Program-made: the position numbers and the translations under genes
Notes under the pieces: model-generated
Database searches by the model: none
What the model was told of the DNA's origin: nothing
What the model saw: only the letters and a program-made list of their open reading frames with translations
Shown: positions 34,829 through 44,694 of the stretch, in pieces
Numbering within the stretch: position 1 is the stretch's first letter
Layout of the letters: each line of letters starts with the position of its first letter
Virus genome (UHGV): UHGV-0326994
Strand: one strand, 5' to 3'
DNA from: a virus
DNA: 64,000 nucleotides

Positions 34829-36207
34829 TTAAAGCAAAGACTTACCCAGACTTCAAAGAGTTCGTAAAGGGTTTCGTTGCAAATGTAAAGGCTGGTAAGA
34901 GGTATGATTTTAGAACATATCAAGAGGCTATTTTGCCACTTACTTATAGTTCGTATTGGCCTGAAGCTGATATTGCAGAAGTTGAGAAGTTTGACTACAA
35001 ACCAGACTACAAAGTCCCATTTAGAGATGATTTGCTTTACAGCATCGGTGCTCAAATGAGAACTTCTGATTTCTTCATGGATTTGCAATACGCAATTATC
35101 AATGGTAAAGACGTTGATACTGTTTATTGTGAATGGCTGGCAAGAGTTAAACCATTCTCAATGTTAAATGCTAAGCTGAAAGATGCCATTAAACCACCAG
35201 CAATCACTCAGCAACCAACAAATCAAACAGTCAATGAGGGTGGTAAACTTACCCTTAGTGTTGTTGCATCTAATGCCACTGGCTATCAGTGGAAGAAGGA
35301 TGGTGAGGACATCTCCAGTGCCACCTCTGCAACTTACACAAAACAGTCAGTGGTTCCTTCTGATGCTGGTTCATACACTTGTGTTGTATCTGGAGAGGGT
35401 GGAACAAGTGTCACATCAGATGCAGCAACAGTTACTGTGAATGCCTTACCAGTGATTACTAAGCAACCTTCTAACCAGACTATCAATGAAGGTGGAAACA
35501 TCAGCTTAGCAGTTACTGCAACAGGTGCAACTGGTTACCAGTGGAAGAAAGATGGTTCTGACATCCCTTCAGCTACAAAGGCCACATATAGCAAATCTGG
35601 TGCACTTCCAGCAGATGCTGGTTCCTATACTTGCGTTGTAACAGGTGCTGGAGGTTCTGTCACTTCTAACCCTGCAACCGTTACTGTAAAAGCTTTACCA
35701 GTTATCACTCAACAGCCAACTGCAAAAACGGTTAACGAGGGTGGTACGCTAACCCTTAATATCGCTGCAACTGGTGCAACAGGCTACCAGTGGAGCAAAG
35801 ATAACGTAAATATTGAGGGAGCAAAATCTGCAACCTTTACCAAAGCTAGTGTAACACCTGCTGATGCTGGGTCTTACAAATGTACGGTAACTGGCGCAGG
35901 TGGAAATGTAGTCTCTAACGCTGCTGTAGTCACTGTTAATGCGCTTCCTGTAATCACTCAACAACCAGCCAATCAGGAAATCACTGAAGGTGAGACCTTA
36001 ACTCTGAATGTTGTGGCAACAGGTGCAACAGGTTATCAGTGGAAGAAGGGTGGCACGAACATTCCTAGTGCAACTGCTGCAACTTACACCAAAGAGAGTG
36101 CAACCACTGATGATGCAGGAAGCTACACTTGTGTAGTTACTGGCGCAGGTGGCTCTGTAACATCTAGTGCGGCAACAGTTACAGTTAACCCAGCAGGGGA
36201 GGCATAA
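34825..36207 (+). CDS. protein with N-terminal domain plus five tandem Ig-like (BIg-type) repeats
   Basis: 460 aa; five ~80 aa repeats of pattern ITQQPxNQTxNEGGxLTL...TGATGYQWKKDG...AGSYTCVVTGAGGSVTS...TVTVNALPV. Confidence 0.6.
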   Translation: MIKAKTYPDFKEFVKGFVANVKAGKRYDFRTYQEAILPLTYSSYWPEADIAEVEKFDYKPDYKVPFRDDLLYSIGAQMRTSDFFMDLQYAIINGKDVDTVYCEWLARVKPFSMLNAKLKDAIKPPAITQQPTNQTVNEGGKLTLSVVASNATGYQWKKDGEDISSATSATYTKQSVVPSDAGSYTCVVSGEGGTSVTSDAATVTVNALPVITKQPSNQTINEGGNISLAVTATGATGYQWKKDGSDIPSATKATYSKSGALPADAGSYTCVVTGAGGSVTSNPATVTVKALPVITQQPTAKTVNEGGTLTLNIAATGATGYQWSKDNVNIEGAKSATFTKASVTPADAGSYKCTVTGAGGNVVSNAAVVTVNALPVITQQPANQEITEGETLTLNVVATGATGYQWKKGGTNIPSATAATYTKESATTDDAGSYTCVVTGAGGSVTSSAATVTVNPAGEA

Positions 36208-36671
36208 TGCAACTCTCAAGAAAAGGTTTAGACGCTATTAAGTTCTTCGAAGGTCTGAAGTTAGAAGCTTACGAAGACTCTGCCGGAATCCCAACAATTG
36301 GGTATGGGACAATCCGTATTAACGGAAAACCTGTTAAGATGGGAATGAAAATTACTGCTGAACAAGCTGAACAGTATCTTCTCGCGGATGTTGAGAAGTT
36401 TGTTGCAGCAGTGAACAAAGCTATCAAGGTTCCAACTACTCAGAACGAGTTCGATGCACTTGTAAGTGAAACATACAACATCGGTATCACAGCTATGCAG
36501 GATTCTACATTTATCAAGCGCCACAACGCTGGTAATAAGGTAGGTTGTGCAGAAGCTATGCAGTGGTGGAACAAGGTTACAGTCAAAGGTCAGAAGGTCA
36601 CTTCAAATGGACTGAAAAACAGACGCAGAATGGAAGCTGACATTTATCTTGACAGTGTATACCCAAAGTAA
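36207..36671 (+). CDS. endolysin (T4-type lysozyme, GH24)
   Basis: 154 aa; FEGLKLEAYEDSAGIPTIGYGT catalytic motif; start overlaps the upstream stop (TAATG); terminator follows. Confidence 0.85.
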   Translation: MQLSRKGLDAIKFFEGLKLEAYEDSAGIPTIGYGTIRINGKPVKMGMKITAEQAEQYLLADVEKFVAAVNKAIKVPTTQNEFDALVSETYNIGITAMQDSTFIKRHNAGNKVGCAEAMQWWNKVTVKGQKVTSNGLKNRRRMEADIYLDSVYPK

Positions 36672-36680
36672 TATCTTCAT

Positions 36681-36710
36681 AGGCTCCTTCGGGAGCCTTT
36701 TTTATTTTCT
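36681..36710 (+). terminator. rho-independent terminator after the endolysin gene
   Basis: ggctcc-ttcg-ggagcc then ttttttatttt. Confidence 0.75.
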
Positions 36711-36722
36711 AAGGAGAAAACT

Positions 36723-37121
36723 ATGAAGCTTTGGGCTAGTGACTTTGGGACTTTTAAGTACACCCGTAATGGTTCAATGGTGAGAATCATTGGCAGCCAG
36801 ATTGTAGTAAATGGTGATGAGGTTTCTACAAAGTTCACTGTAGAGTTAGCTGAGCTATCACCTATTACCCGTGCTAAAGATGGGCTTTTCAGGTTCGAGA
36901 TTTACAAAGTAGATGAGTATGGTCGTTTCAACCCTCTTGGAGAAAGTGGATTAGATATTATTTCTGAACACCCATTGACAGCAGAGCAATTGTCAGGTTA
37001 CTATAAAACCATCCTTGAAAGAGAGTTAGCAACTCATGAGTGTGAAGCAAGATACCATATTGAACGTTGCGAAACACTCAAAGAAAAGATAAAACTAGCA
37101 GAGAGAGGTTTTTATGAATAA
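36723..37121 (+). CDS. hypothetical protein
   Basis: 132 aa ORF. Confidence 0.35.
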   Translation: MKLWASDFGTFKYTRNGSMVRIIGSQIVVNGDEVSTKFTVELAELSPITRAKDGLFRFEIYKVDEYGRFNPLGESGLDIISEHPLTAEQLSGYYKTILERELATHECEARYHIERCETLKEKIKLAERGFYE

Positions 37122-37509
37122 TAACAGTCATATCCATGTTAAAGTTGATGCCAGTCGTTACAGCGAAAATGAAGAATTAGACCTGAAAGATGCTATTCTT
37201 TTTGAGAAGAATGGTAACCTTCATTTGCATTTTGAAGGTACAAACACATATCTCCACAGATGCCGAGATGATGCCGATGGTTGTCCTGTTTTTGCTTGGT
37301 ACAATTTAGAGTTCCCTCTTTATGCAATCCACTACCCAGATGGTGGAGAGGACTGGACTACTCAATCAATCTTTGATGAGCTTAATGGTGTTCCAGTTGA
37401 GCAAGAAGAGCAAGAACCTGTTGAACTAACCTTCACCTTCATCAAAGAAGAGAAGGTAGGTGATTTGTCTGTAACTGAAGCAATTCAAGTCTCACAGGTT
37501 ATTCGTTAA
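37114..37509 (+). CDS. hypothetical protein
   Basis: 131 aa ORF, overlapping start. Confidence 0.35.
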   Translation: MNNNSHIHVKVDASRYSENEELDLKDAILFEKNGNLHLHFEGTNTYLHRCRDDADGCPVFAWYNLEFPLYAIHYPDGGEDWTTQSIFDELNGVPVEQEEQEPVELTFTFIKEEKVGDLSVTEAIQVSQVIR

Positions 37510-37802
37510 TGAGTAAAGTACAGGTTATTTTCCCTATTTGTGACTTCTCACTAGAGCGTGAACTTGACCTGTACGAAGAAATTACTGACGAAATCATCTG
37601 GTCTGTTGTAGAAGAGGCTATCAAGAAACTGTATGGTGGCCTCTTAAATCCATCAAGTAAAAAGCTCAACACCAAACAAGTAGCTGATACGTACACTTCA
37701 TATGATGCCTACAACAAACCTTTTGAAAATACCTGCTTTGACCTTATGGTAGGTAATAATAAAGTCAACTATTTCTTCGTCAGAGAGTTTAACGATGAGT
37801 AA
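37509..37802 (+). CDS. hypothetical protein
   Basis: 97 aa ORF. Confidence 0.35.
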   Translation: MSKVQVIFPICDFSLERELDLYEEITDEIIWSVVEEAIKKLYGGLLNPSSKKLNTKQVADTYTSYDAYNKPFENTCFDLMVGNNKVNYFFVREFNDE

Positions 37803-38139
37803 GCTCCATGTCACAGTGTACAAAAACTTCTCAGATATCAAAGAGTCTTTAACCAACAAGCTTGACTTACAACGGAAAAGACTCTTTTTAATGTATGACA
37901 TCGACAACTACAACCATCCTAAAGAGTTTAACTACAAAGATGGTACAAAGGTCGTTGAATTTGAAGATTCTGTAACGGTGTATGTTAAACACGACTTACC
38001 AGCAAAGTACATAGGCATGTTAGAGTACTATATATTCAAACATACTGGTATGCGTGGTGAATCTGTCAAGATATCTTCTATAGAAGTTTTTGAGAAACCA
38101 AACACACAACTTAAAAAATATTTAATGAGGAAACTGTAA
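37795..38139 (+). CDS. hypothetical protein
   Basis: 114 aa ORF. Confidence 0.35.
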   Translation: MSKLHVTVYKNFSDIKESLTNKLDLQRKRLFLMYDIDNYNHPKEFNYKDGTKVVEFEDSVTVYVKHDLPAKYIGMLEYYIFKHTGMRGESVKISSIEVFEKPNTQLKKYLMRKL

Positions 38140-38720
38140 TGTCCGAAGAGCAACAAAGTATCACTCCACAAGTGACATTAGTACAACATTTTGGAAACAT
38201 TGAAGGGTGTATTGCACTTTTTCAACCAAACATCAATTCTCCTGCAAAAGTCTGTAAGTTGACTATGAATGTCAACAATATCAGTGTTTGTCTTGTTGAT
38301 GAAGTCCAATACTTCAAATTCAATGACAGAGAGGTTGATGCTGCACTATTGAAGTATCGAGCAAGCCTCGAAAAAGACATTGACCATAAAGAACTTGTAA
38401 CACTGTTTGGTGACCTACACAAGCTTCTTGAAAAGGTTATGAAGCGCACATACTACATGAACAATGGTTCAATTATCACCACTTTGATTTCACCATGTAT
38501 CTCAGAACCTATCCTGACTGATGATGGTGGGTATTACGTGGTAGCATCAGCAGATTCTGATTGGTGGATGAAAAATACAGCACTGAAGACGGTTATTGAG
38601 GCTATTCGTGAACACATCCCTTCATTTAGCCCGTGGAAAGGTAAAGGTGACGAGTTTATCGCACTATTGAGTGAAGAGAGCAACAAACGCAGTGCATTAC
38701 TGCCTAAAAAATACTCTTGA
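38139..38720 (+). CDS. hypothetical protein
   Basis: 193 aa ORF. Confidence 0.4.
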   Translation: MSEEQQSITPQVTLVQHFGNIEGCIALFQPNINSPAKVCKLTMNVNNISVCLVDEVQYFKFNDREVDAALLKYRASLEKDIDHKELVTLFGDLHKLLEKVMKRTYYMNNGSIITTLISPCISEPILTDDGGYYVVASADSDWWMKNTALKTVIEAIREHIPSFSPWKGKGDEFIALLSEESNKRSALLPKKYS

Positions 38721-38803
38721 CCGAGTATACAGTACTGATTATGATGGGAGCTATTGAGAGGTAGTTCCCTTTTTAGTTTCTAGAGAAACACTACGGTGAA
38801 AGA

Positions 38804-39022
38804 ATGAAAAAACTAACTACAGTTGAAGATTACTACAAACTGTCTCTATTAGAACAGTATCGTAGAAGCCAGAACATAAGAAAGTGCTATGGTAAACACG
38901 CTGAAGGTGACTTCTACCATTGCTACGATGCAGATTTAAAAGGTGTAACACCTAGAGGGAAAGTCCTGCAAAGGCTTGTTGACCTTGAGTGGAATAAACG
39001 ATTGAGAGGGATTGGGAAATGA
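38804..39022 (+). CDS. hypothetical protein
   Basis: 72 aa ORF. Confidence 0.3.
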   Translation: MKKLTTVEDYYKLSLLEQYRRSQNIRKCYGKHAEGDFYHCYDADLKGVTPRGKVLQRLVDLEWNKRLRGIGK

Positions 39023-39522
39023 TTTACGAAGAAAGATACAAAATAGATTACCAGAAGACTGGTCATCATACTTCTCTTAGAGTAACCAAACCAAATGGAG
39101 ATACTGGTATCATAGCACATTTTGGTGGTGATTATTGGTACGGTACAGGTTGCTTTGAAGGCTACACTCAAGAATACTTGAAAGCTTTTTACAGGGACTT
39201 TACAAACGACTACAACAGAGTTGTTGAAGAGAAGAATAAGTGTATTAAGCATGAACACTATGCCAAAGGTTGTCTAAGTACGGTGATGGTTCTGGCATTC
39301 TTCTTAGCAATGTTATTAGTAGTGTCAGCAATCAGTTCCATAGCTCAAGACTTGACCATTGCACAGATTACTTCAAAGCTGCATGATATTTGGTACTTGT
39401 ACGCTGTTCCTTTAGCTGGTATCATCATCTCACTAATGAGATTCAGAGTTCATAAGAAGCGACTTAAGGACTCGGAGATTAAACTTGAAGAGGTAAGTAA
39501 AGAATGCAACCTACAATTATAG
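39019..39522 (+). CDS. membrane protein (two C-terminal TM segments)
   Basis: 167 aa; hydrophobic VMVLAFFLAMLLVVSAISSI and IWYLYAVPLAGIIISL. Confidence 0.4.
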   Translation: MIYEERYKIDYQKTGHHTSLRVTKPNGDTGIIAHFGGDYWYGTGCFEGYTQEYLKAFYRDFTNDYNRVVEEKNKCIKHEHYAKGCLSTVMVLAFFLAMLLVVSAISSIAQDLTIAQITSKLHDIWYLYAVPLAGIIISLMRFRVHKKRLKDSEIKLEEVSKECNLQL

Positions 39523-39598
39523 CTGTATGTGTTCGTTTTGCAATCGCTGAAATGATTAACAAGGCAATCTTAAAAGATGCCTATGGAGAGACTAAGTA

Positions 39599-39823
39599 AT
39601 GATTAAGACACCTGTACCAATTTTTGGATTTCCTTCTATAGAAGAGTTCAAAGTTTATCTTGACAAAAACTTCTACAATGAGCAGCCTGTTACTTTACTG
39701 AAGAGTGACTTATCAGAACTTCTTGATATGGTTATCAAGGCAACTTCTGAGAAGGAACCTGAACAGAAAGCTGAGAAGAAGACTAGTAAGAAATCCGATA
39801 AGAAGACTGAAAAGTCTGAGTAA
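39599..39823 (+). CDS. hypothetical protein with K/E-rich tail
   Basis: 74 aa ORF followed by a hairpin. Confidence 0.3.
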   Translation: MIKTPVPIFGFPSIEEFKVYLDKNFYNEQPVTLLKSDLSELLDMVIKATSEKEPEQKAEKKTSKKSDKKTEKSE

Positions 39824-39875
39824 CGGTTTAGGGGGTTACTTGATAGCCCCTTTGTAGAACTTAGAAGGTAGCGAA

Positions 39876-40340
39876 ATGAAAATTAAAGAAGTAGTCCAAA
39901 AAGCAATGCTTAATAATTCAACTAAAGATGAAATGTACAAAGAGATTTGTGATAAGTTGAATTGTTCAAGACATGCTGCTAAGGCTCTTGTACATTGTTT
40001 TATCTGGGAATGCTCAGAAGCTTATATGCAATATGTAGCATTTGAAAGTTCTCACTTACTAGGTGATGTAGAAGCTGGTGAGAAGCTAAAAGAATCTGAA
40101 GTGAAAACAGTTCCTAGAGTTGGTAATACATACCATCTTAAAGATTTCAAGACTGGAAAGATTGTTGCAAAGGGTGTAGTAGAGTTTGTCTATCATGACG
40201 GTAAATACTTACTTAAAATATTTGAGTATGATAGCCACTACACACACTTGTGTGGTCTTACACTCTTAGTGACAGAAGAAGACCTCATCAAAAACAATGA
40301 CAACAAGTTTGCAGTCCCAGATTACCAAGTTTTACGATAA
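39876..40340 (+). CDS. hypothetical protein
   Basis: 154 aa ORF. Confidence 0.35.
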   Translation: MKIKEVVQKAMLNNSTKDEMYKEICDKLNCSRHAAKALVHCFIWECSEAYMQYVAFESSHLLGDVEAGEKLKESEVKTVPRVGNTYHLKDFKTGKIVAKGVVEFVYHDGKYLLKIFEYDSHYTHLCGLTLLVTEEDLIKNNDNKFAVPDYQVLR

Positions 40341-40353
40341 TGGTGTGATAGTT

Positions 40354-40902
40354 ATGGAAAAAGATAACTTAAAAGAAGTTGAAGGTAACTACCTAGTACT
40401 TGACTGGAGTGATGTTAGAGAAGCACTTTCTAAAGAAAGTCTTGGCATACTAGAACAGCTTGTCTTCTCGGTACGACATATCAGAGAAGTGAAGAATGGT
40501 AAAGAGCCACTTGAAGGAATCTTTGTAGAAAAGTCTTATCCATTCTATGAAGACACTTTACAGAAAGTTAAAATGTACTTTAAACAGAAGAACCGTAAAG
40601 TGGTCACTATGGTATCTCTTGGTGGACAGAATATGTCTGTGATGGAAGATATCAACCCTAAGAGACCGAGTAAAGGTGTTTGTATAAAAATCACAGGTCA
40701 TGAAGAGTATATCTCAGTGGATGACTTTAGTGCATTCTGTAATGGCTCTTGTGTCTTTAATGGTTTTCACTATGATATCCGAGTGTACCCAATCAAGGGA
40801 GATGATATCATGATGCAGGTATTCGATAACAACAATGGATTCACTCATTTTTATCAGACCACCAAGTCATCACTAAAGACAGTTCTGGAAACACTGACTT
40901 AA
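40354..40902 (+). CDS. hypothetical protein
   Basis: Start moved to the ATG just after the upstream stop; last plus-strand gene; terminator follows. Confidence 0.35.
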   Translation: MEKDNLKEVEGNYLVLDWSDVREALSKESLGILEQLVFSVRHIREVKNGKEPLEGIFVEKSYPFYEDTLQKVKMYFKQKNRKVVTMVSLGGQNMSVMEDINPKRPSKGVCIKITGHEEYISVDDFSAFCNGSCVFNGFHYDIRVYPIKGDDIMMQVFDNNNGFTHFYQTTKSSLKTVLETLT

Positions 40903-40911
40903 AATATCTTA

Positions 40912-40948
40912 AGAGCCTCCTTAATTGGGGGCTTTTTAATTTTTATAA
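40912..40948 (+). terminator. rho-independent terminator at the end of the plus-strand unit
   Basis: agcctcc-ttaatt-gggggct then ttttaatttttat. Confidence 0.6.
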
Positions 40949-41282
40949 AATTTTATCGGTTGTCCCAACCTCTGGGTCACCATCATATGTGAACAAAATA
41001 TCTACCCTTCTTAACAACCTTCTTAATCTTACTCTCTATATAGTTATATAGTACTATATAGTATCTTAGTATCTATCTAGTGGTCTTAATAGCCATCTGT
41101 ATAACCCTTCTAACTAGCCCTCTAAACACTCTTCTAACAAGCCTTCTTAACAACCTATACAATCACCTTAACCACCTCTCTATACCCTCTTAGAAGCTCC
41201 TATACACCTCTTAATCTCTATGTCAGCTATGATACCCTCTATAGGTGTTCACTAGGTATTACTAAGCCTCTATATAGACTGT

Positions 41283-41790
41283 TTTAACAAACTTAACAGG
41301 AATATCTTTACAGACCTTATCTCACAAGGTCTAACACGGTACTAACAAGGTATCTTATAAGCCTGTTTCCACCTGTATTTTTAAAAGACTGTCTAGGTAA
41401 TTATTCAGAATTTTAAAATTTTTATAAAATAGGACTATCAAGTCATTTTTTAGGGTCTTTGAAGGAACTGAAAAATATCTGTAGAAGATGTATATCTGCT
41501 TGGTAGCCCTTAACATCCCTGTAACATCCCCTTTGCAGAATTTTAAAATATCCTTAACAATCTCTTAACAGCTCTTACACCTTCTTAACATCTCTTCAGA
41601 GGTCTTAACAGTTTCTTAACAGGACTAACAAGGGTGTAACAAGTTCTTAACAAGTGCTGAATAGTCTTTACAGAGGCTTAACAGATGACTAACAAGAGCT
41701 AACAAGTTAATTTTTAAGAGTTATTTTGTTAAGAAAATTAACAAGTTCCTAACAAGTGTTTAATCTTTTTAACAAGCTATTAACATGGTC
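41283..41790. repeat. iteron-like array of TAACA(A/G) direct repeats
   Basis: About 19 copies of (C)TTAACA(G/A) or CTAACAAG, densest in 41550-41790 at roughly 11-20 bp spacing. Confidence 0.6.
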
Positions 41791-41979
41791 ACTATCTCTT
41801 TCTTATCGTTCCCTTCCCCTTCTCAGTGATTCTCTAAACATACCTCTTAAAAGCTCTCTATAGCTCTTTATAAGCCCTTTTAAGCCTCTTCCTAGTATCT
41901 ACACCCCAACTGTACAGATACCTTTTTATAGAGCTTTACAGGAGCTTTAAAGGCTATGTCAAAGACTCTTACAAGGCTT

Positions 41980-42090
41980 TTACGTGGTCTTAACAGAGAT
42001 TTAACAAGGGGCTAACAAGTTGCTAACAAGTGCCTTGAAAGAATAACTATGTAGGGATTGTTAAGAAATTGTTAAGAAAATGTTAAGGGG
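41980..42090. repeat. second iteron cluster with inverted copies
   Basis: tcttaacag, tttaacaagg, ctaacaagtt, ctaacaagtg followed by inverted ttgttaag x2 and atgttaag. Confidence 0.6.
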
Positions 42091-42504
42091 GCTAGCATTT
42101 ACGTAACTTTTAAGCTACTTCAAAGTAACTTTATAGCCCCTATAACATACTTTTTAGTGACTATCAAGGGGATTGTTTAACTATTCACAAGATACTAACG
42201 AGATAATAAAGCTTATAACCTTATAAGATTCTTTTAAGCCTCTATAAAGCCCTGTAAAGAGCTTTTTAGGGTGAGTTAATGCAATCCCTTAAGTTAGGTT
42301 GATAAGGCTGTTATAGCGCTTTATAGAGCGTTTAAGGGATTGGTAACAATACCAATTAGTGGGCCATCCCCTTTCTGGGGTTATTGGCTTGTATTTAAGT
42401 TGATTTGATAAAAGGCTATAGAGTAGACTATAGAGTTATTGCTTTTAAGGTCTGATAAGATTCTGAAAAGGTGAGGAAAGGGATTGTATAAGGATTGGAT
42501 AGAT

Positions 42505-42558
42505 GTAAAAAAGCCCCTGTGAGGGGCTGTATAAAGGTATCTGGGGCTAAATAGCCCC
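42505..42558 (-). terminator. tandem GC hairpins, terminator at the end of the small-gene island
   Basis: agcccct-gtg-aggggct with TTTTTT on the minus strand, plus ggggct-aaat-agcccc. Confidence 0.65.
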
Positions 42559-42568
42559 GTTGCGTCGA

Positions 42569-42817
42569 TTAGTTGCAACCTTGCTTATTGTAGTACAGGG
42601 AGACAATCAAATCACCCCAATAATGGTAATGATACTCATCGTTCAACGCCTCTTTTACTGCATCTTTCCAGAAGTCATCAGTGGGGTTATAGTCTGGGAT
42701 AACTTGCTTGATAACTGTCTTCACTAATGAAAAGCATTCATCAGTTCCACCAATATCAAATTTAACGTCCAGAGTGTAGCAGCCATAAGAATTTACAATT
42801 GCGCGGATAGTTGCCAT
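42569..42817 (-). CDS. small-gene island protein 1
   Basis: 82 aa; preceded by type-A cassette and GGAGATTCTAAAATG. Confidence 0.45.
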   Translation of the reverse strand: MATIRAIVNSYGCYTLDVKFDIGGTDECFSLVKTVIKQVIPDYNPTDDFWKDAVKEALNDEYHYHYWGDLIVSLYYNKQGCN

Positions 42818-42883
42818 TTTAGAATCTCCAGTTTAGGATTTTATTTAGTGGGGAAGGTCATTCCCTCCCCGTTGATTAGTAAT
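42818..42883 (-). repeat. intergenic cassette, type A
   Basis: gccattttagaatctccagtttaggattttatttagtggggaaggtcattccctccccgttgat. Confidence 0.7.
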
Positions 42884-43147
42884 TTACTGCATATTGGCGT
42901 ATGTTGCAAGCCTTTTTTCGTTGTATTTTGTCAGAATCTCACAAGATAAAACATCATATTTTGTAACTGCTTTACCTTTGTCGAGGTCAAAGAATCCGAA
43001 CGCTTTACCGTCTTTGAATCCGACAACTTCGTAAGATTCTTTAACGATTTCACCATTGAACAAATCGCTTTCGATGCGGTGAAACAGTGCTACGTCTTCT
43101 TTGTCAGTTGCAATTTGTAAAAGTGTGGTCAGTTCGACGTGTTCCAT
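42884..43147 (-). CDS. small-gene island protein 2
   Basis: 87 aa; preceded by type-A cassette. Confidence 0.45.
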   Translation of the reverse strand: MEHVELTTLLQIATDKEDVALFHRIESDLFNGEIVKESYEVVGFKDGKAFGFFDLDKGKAVTKYDVLSCEILTKYNEKRLATYANMQ

Positions 43148-43212
43148 TTCGAATCTCCAGTTTAGGATTTTATTTAGTGGGGAAGGTCATTCCCTCCCCG
43201 TTGATTGACAAT
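43148..43212 (-). repeat. intergenic cassette, type A
   Basis: Near-identical copy of the 42818 cassette. Confidence 0.7.
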
Positions 43213-43743
43213 TTACAGATTTTTGATTGTCTCGTCAATATCTTTTTCAATATCTTTTAAAGTTTTTTCTAAGTTCTTGATATTGAACGTTAAACCTTCA
43301 CCGAGAGTCTTAGAGTAACCGCTAGGGCGTAAATCATGCAGCTTGATTTCTTCCACATTAGATAAGTTTACCATCTCACCATTTGCAGCATAGGCTATAG
43401 ATACAGTGTTTTCAGGCGCGTTGTAAAATTTGTTCAAGGACTTGATAGAACGTTCATAAGCCATTTTATAACCGTTTAAAAGGCTTTTAACGTGGTTGTG
43501 AACGTTTTTACACTCATCCAAGTAAATTTCTAAGAATAACGGTAATAATTCCGCGACAGCTTGCATAAAGTGAGAGACTACAACGGTTGCAACATTACGA
43601 CGATGAACGTAATAAGCCCCTTTTTCTGATTTGGTAATGGTTGCGAAATGTACACCATTACAACGAAATTCATAGGTATCTTTAACAGGCTTTGACATTA
43701 CAGCATTTGAACGAATGAAGTTGATAGCTTGAAATTTGTTCAT
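43213..43743 (-). CDS. small-gene island protein 3
   Basis: 176 aa; preceded by type-A cassette variant. Confidence 0.45.
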   Translation of the reverse strand: MNKFQAINFIRSNAVMSKPVKDTYEFRCNGVHFATITKSEKGAYYVHRRNVATVVVSHFMQAVAELLPLFLEIYLDECKNVHNHVKSLLNGYKMAYERSIKSLNKFYNAPENTVSIAYAANGEMVNLSNVEEIKLHDLRPSGYSKTLGEGLTFNIKNLEKTLKDIEKDIDETIKNL

Positions 43744-43830
43744 TTTAGAATCTCCAGTTTAGGACTTTATTTAGTGGGGAGGTTATTGCCTTCCCGTTGA
43801 TTAGTAATTTACTTGTTTTGATAGTCGATT
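43744..43830 (-). repeat. intergenic cassette, type A variant
   Basis: Same framework; hairpin variant ggggaggttattgccttccc. Confidence 0.65.
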
Positions 43831-43963
43831 GCAAGTAATTTTTTGAGCTTATCTATAAAGAATCTTTTAAGTTAATCCCTTTTAGATAAACCCCCTCGAA
43901 CAAATGTACTATTGTCAAGGGGTATCGTCAAGTGATTTTTTAAAGTTTTTTGTAAGTTATTGA

Positions 43964-44305
43964 TTAACTGATGAATATTTTTTCAGGCTTTACATAGCTG
44001 ATACGCTGACTTTTTAGCAGGTCATTCCAGATTAGCGCGGCAATATGAGAATAGCCGGATTCACGTAAAAGTTTCATTGTTTTACTTCTCGTCTCAAAGC
44101 GGCTTGCGTAGTATTCACTGTTCAAGGTTGTTTTGTTCCCTTCGTTATCTGTATGGATGATTTGCATCACTTGAAAGGGGCTTACATCCTCACCTTTATT
44201 CCACTGCTCAAAGTATTTTAGGCACTGCATAGGCGATATCTTATCACTTACTTGAGTTGACCAAGATGAACCCTCTTTATCAGTAATTACAGTTACATAA
44301 GCCAT
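43964..44305 (-). CDS. small-gene island protein 4
   Basis: 113 aa; preceded by type-A cassette. Confidence 0.45.
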   Translation of the reverse strand: MAYVTVITDKEGSSWSTQVSDKISPMQCLKYFEQWNKGEDVSPFQVMQIIHTDNEGNKTTLNSEYYASRFETRSKTMKLLRESGYSHIAALIWNDLLKSQRISYVKPEKIFIS

Positions 44306-44394
44306 TTTAGAATCTCCAGTTTAGGACTTTATTTAGTGGGGAAGGTCATTCCCTCCCCGTTGATTGACAATTTACAGATTTTTATCAGGATTGT
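44306..44394 (-). repeat. intergenic cassette, type A
   Basis: Near-identical to the 43148 copy. Confidence 0.7.
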
Positions 44395-44628
44395 CTAGTC
44401 TTTTTCAATGATAATTTCATACTGACCATCTACGCTGTCAAAATAGACACCATCTTCATCTTCTGTCTTGAAGTAGCATTGTATGTCATCACTGGCGGGG
44501 TAGTCTTGTCTTGCTATCTGACAGACCTGAACGGCATTTTCTTTACTCCCCGTAAACTCCTCAAGCCCTTTAAAATCACATGAATGACCATTACAAATAG
44601 AAAGGATAAGATAAACGGTTGTAAGCAT
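44395..44628 (-). CDS. small Cys-containing protein with hydrophobic N-terminus
   Basis: 77 aa; MLTTVYLILSICNGHSC N-terminus; no cassette upstream. Confidence 0.35.
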   Translation of the reverse strand: MLTTVYLILSICNGHSCDFKGLEEFTGSKENAVQVCQIARQDYPASDDIQCYFKTEDEDGVYFDSVDGQYEIIIEKD

Positions 44629-44694
44629 GATTTAAGCCTCTTAAAAGCCCCTGTGAGGGGCTAATCAGTGTTTATAAGGTAATTGCATAGGTTT

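Noticed and set aside
42381-42578. 65 aa minus-strand ORF at the edge of the non-coding region
   Set aside because: Overlaps both terminator hairpins at 42505-42558 and has no cassette or RBS; likely not coding
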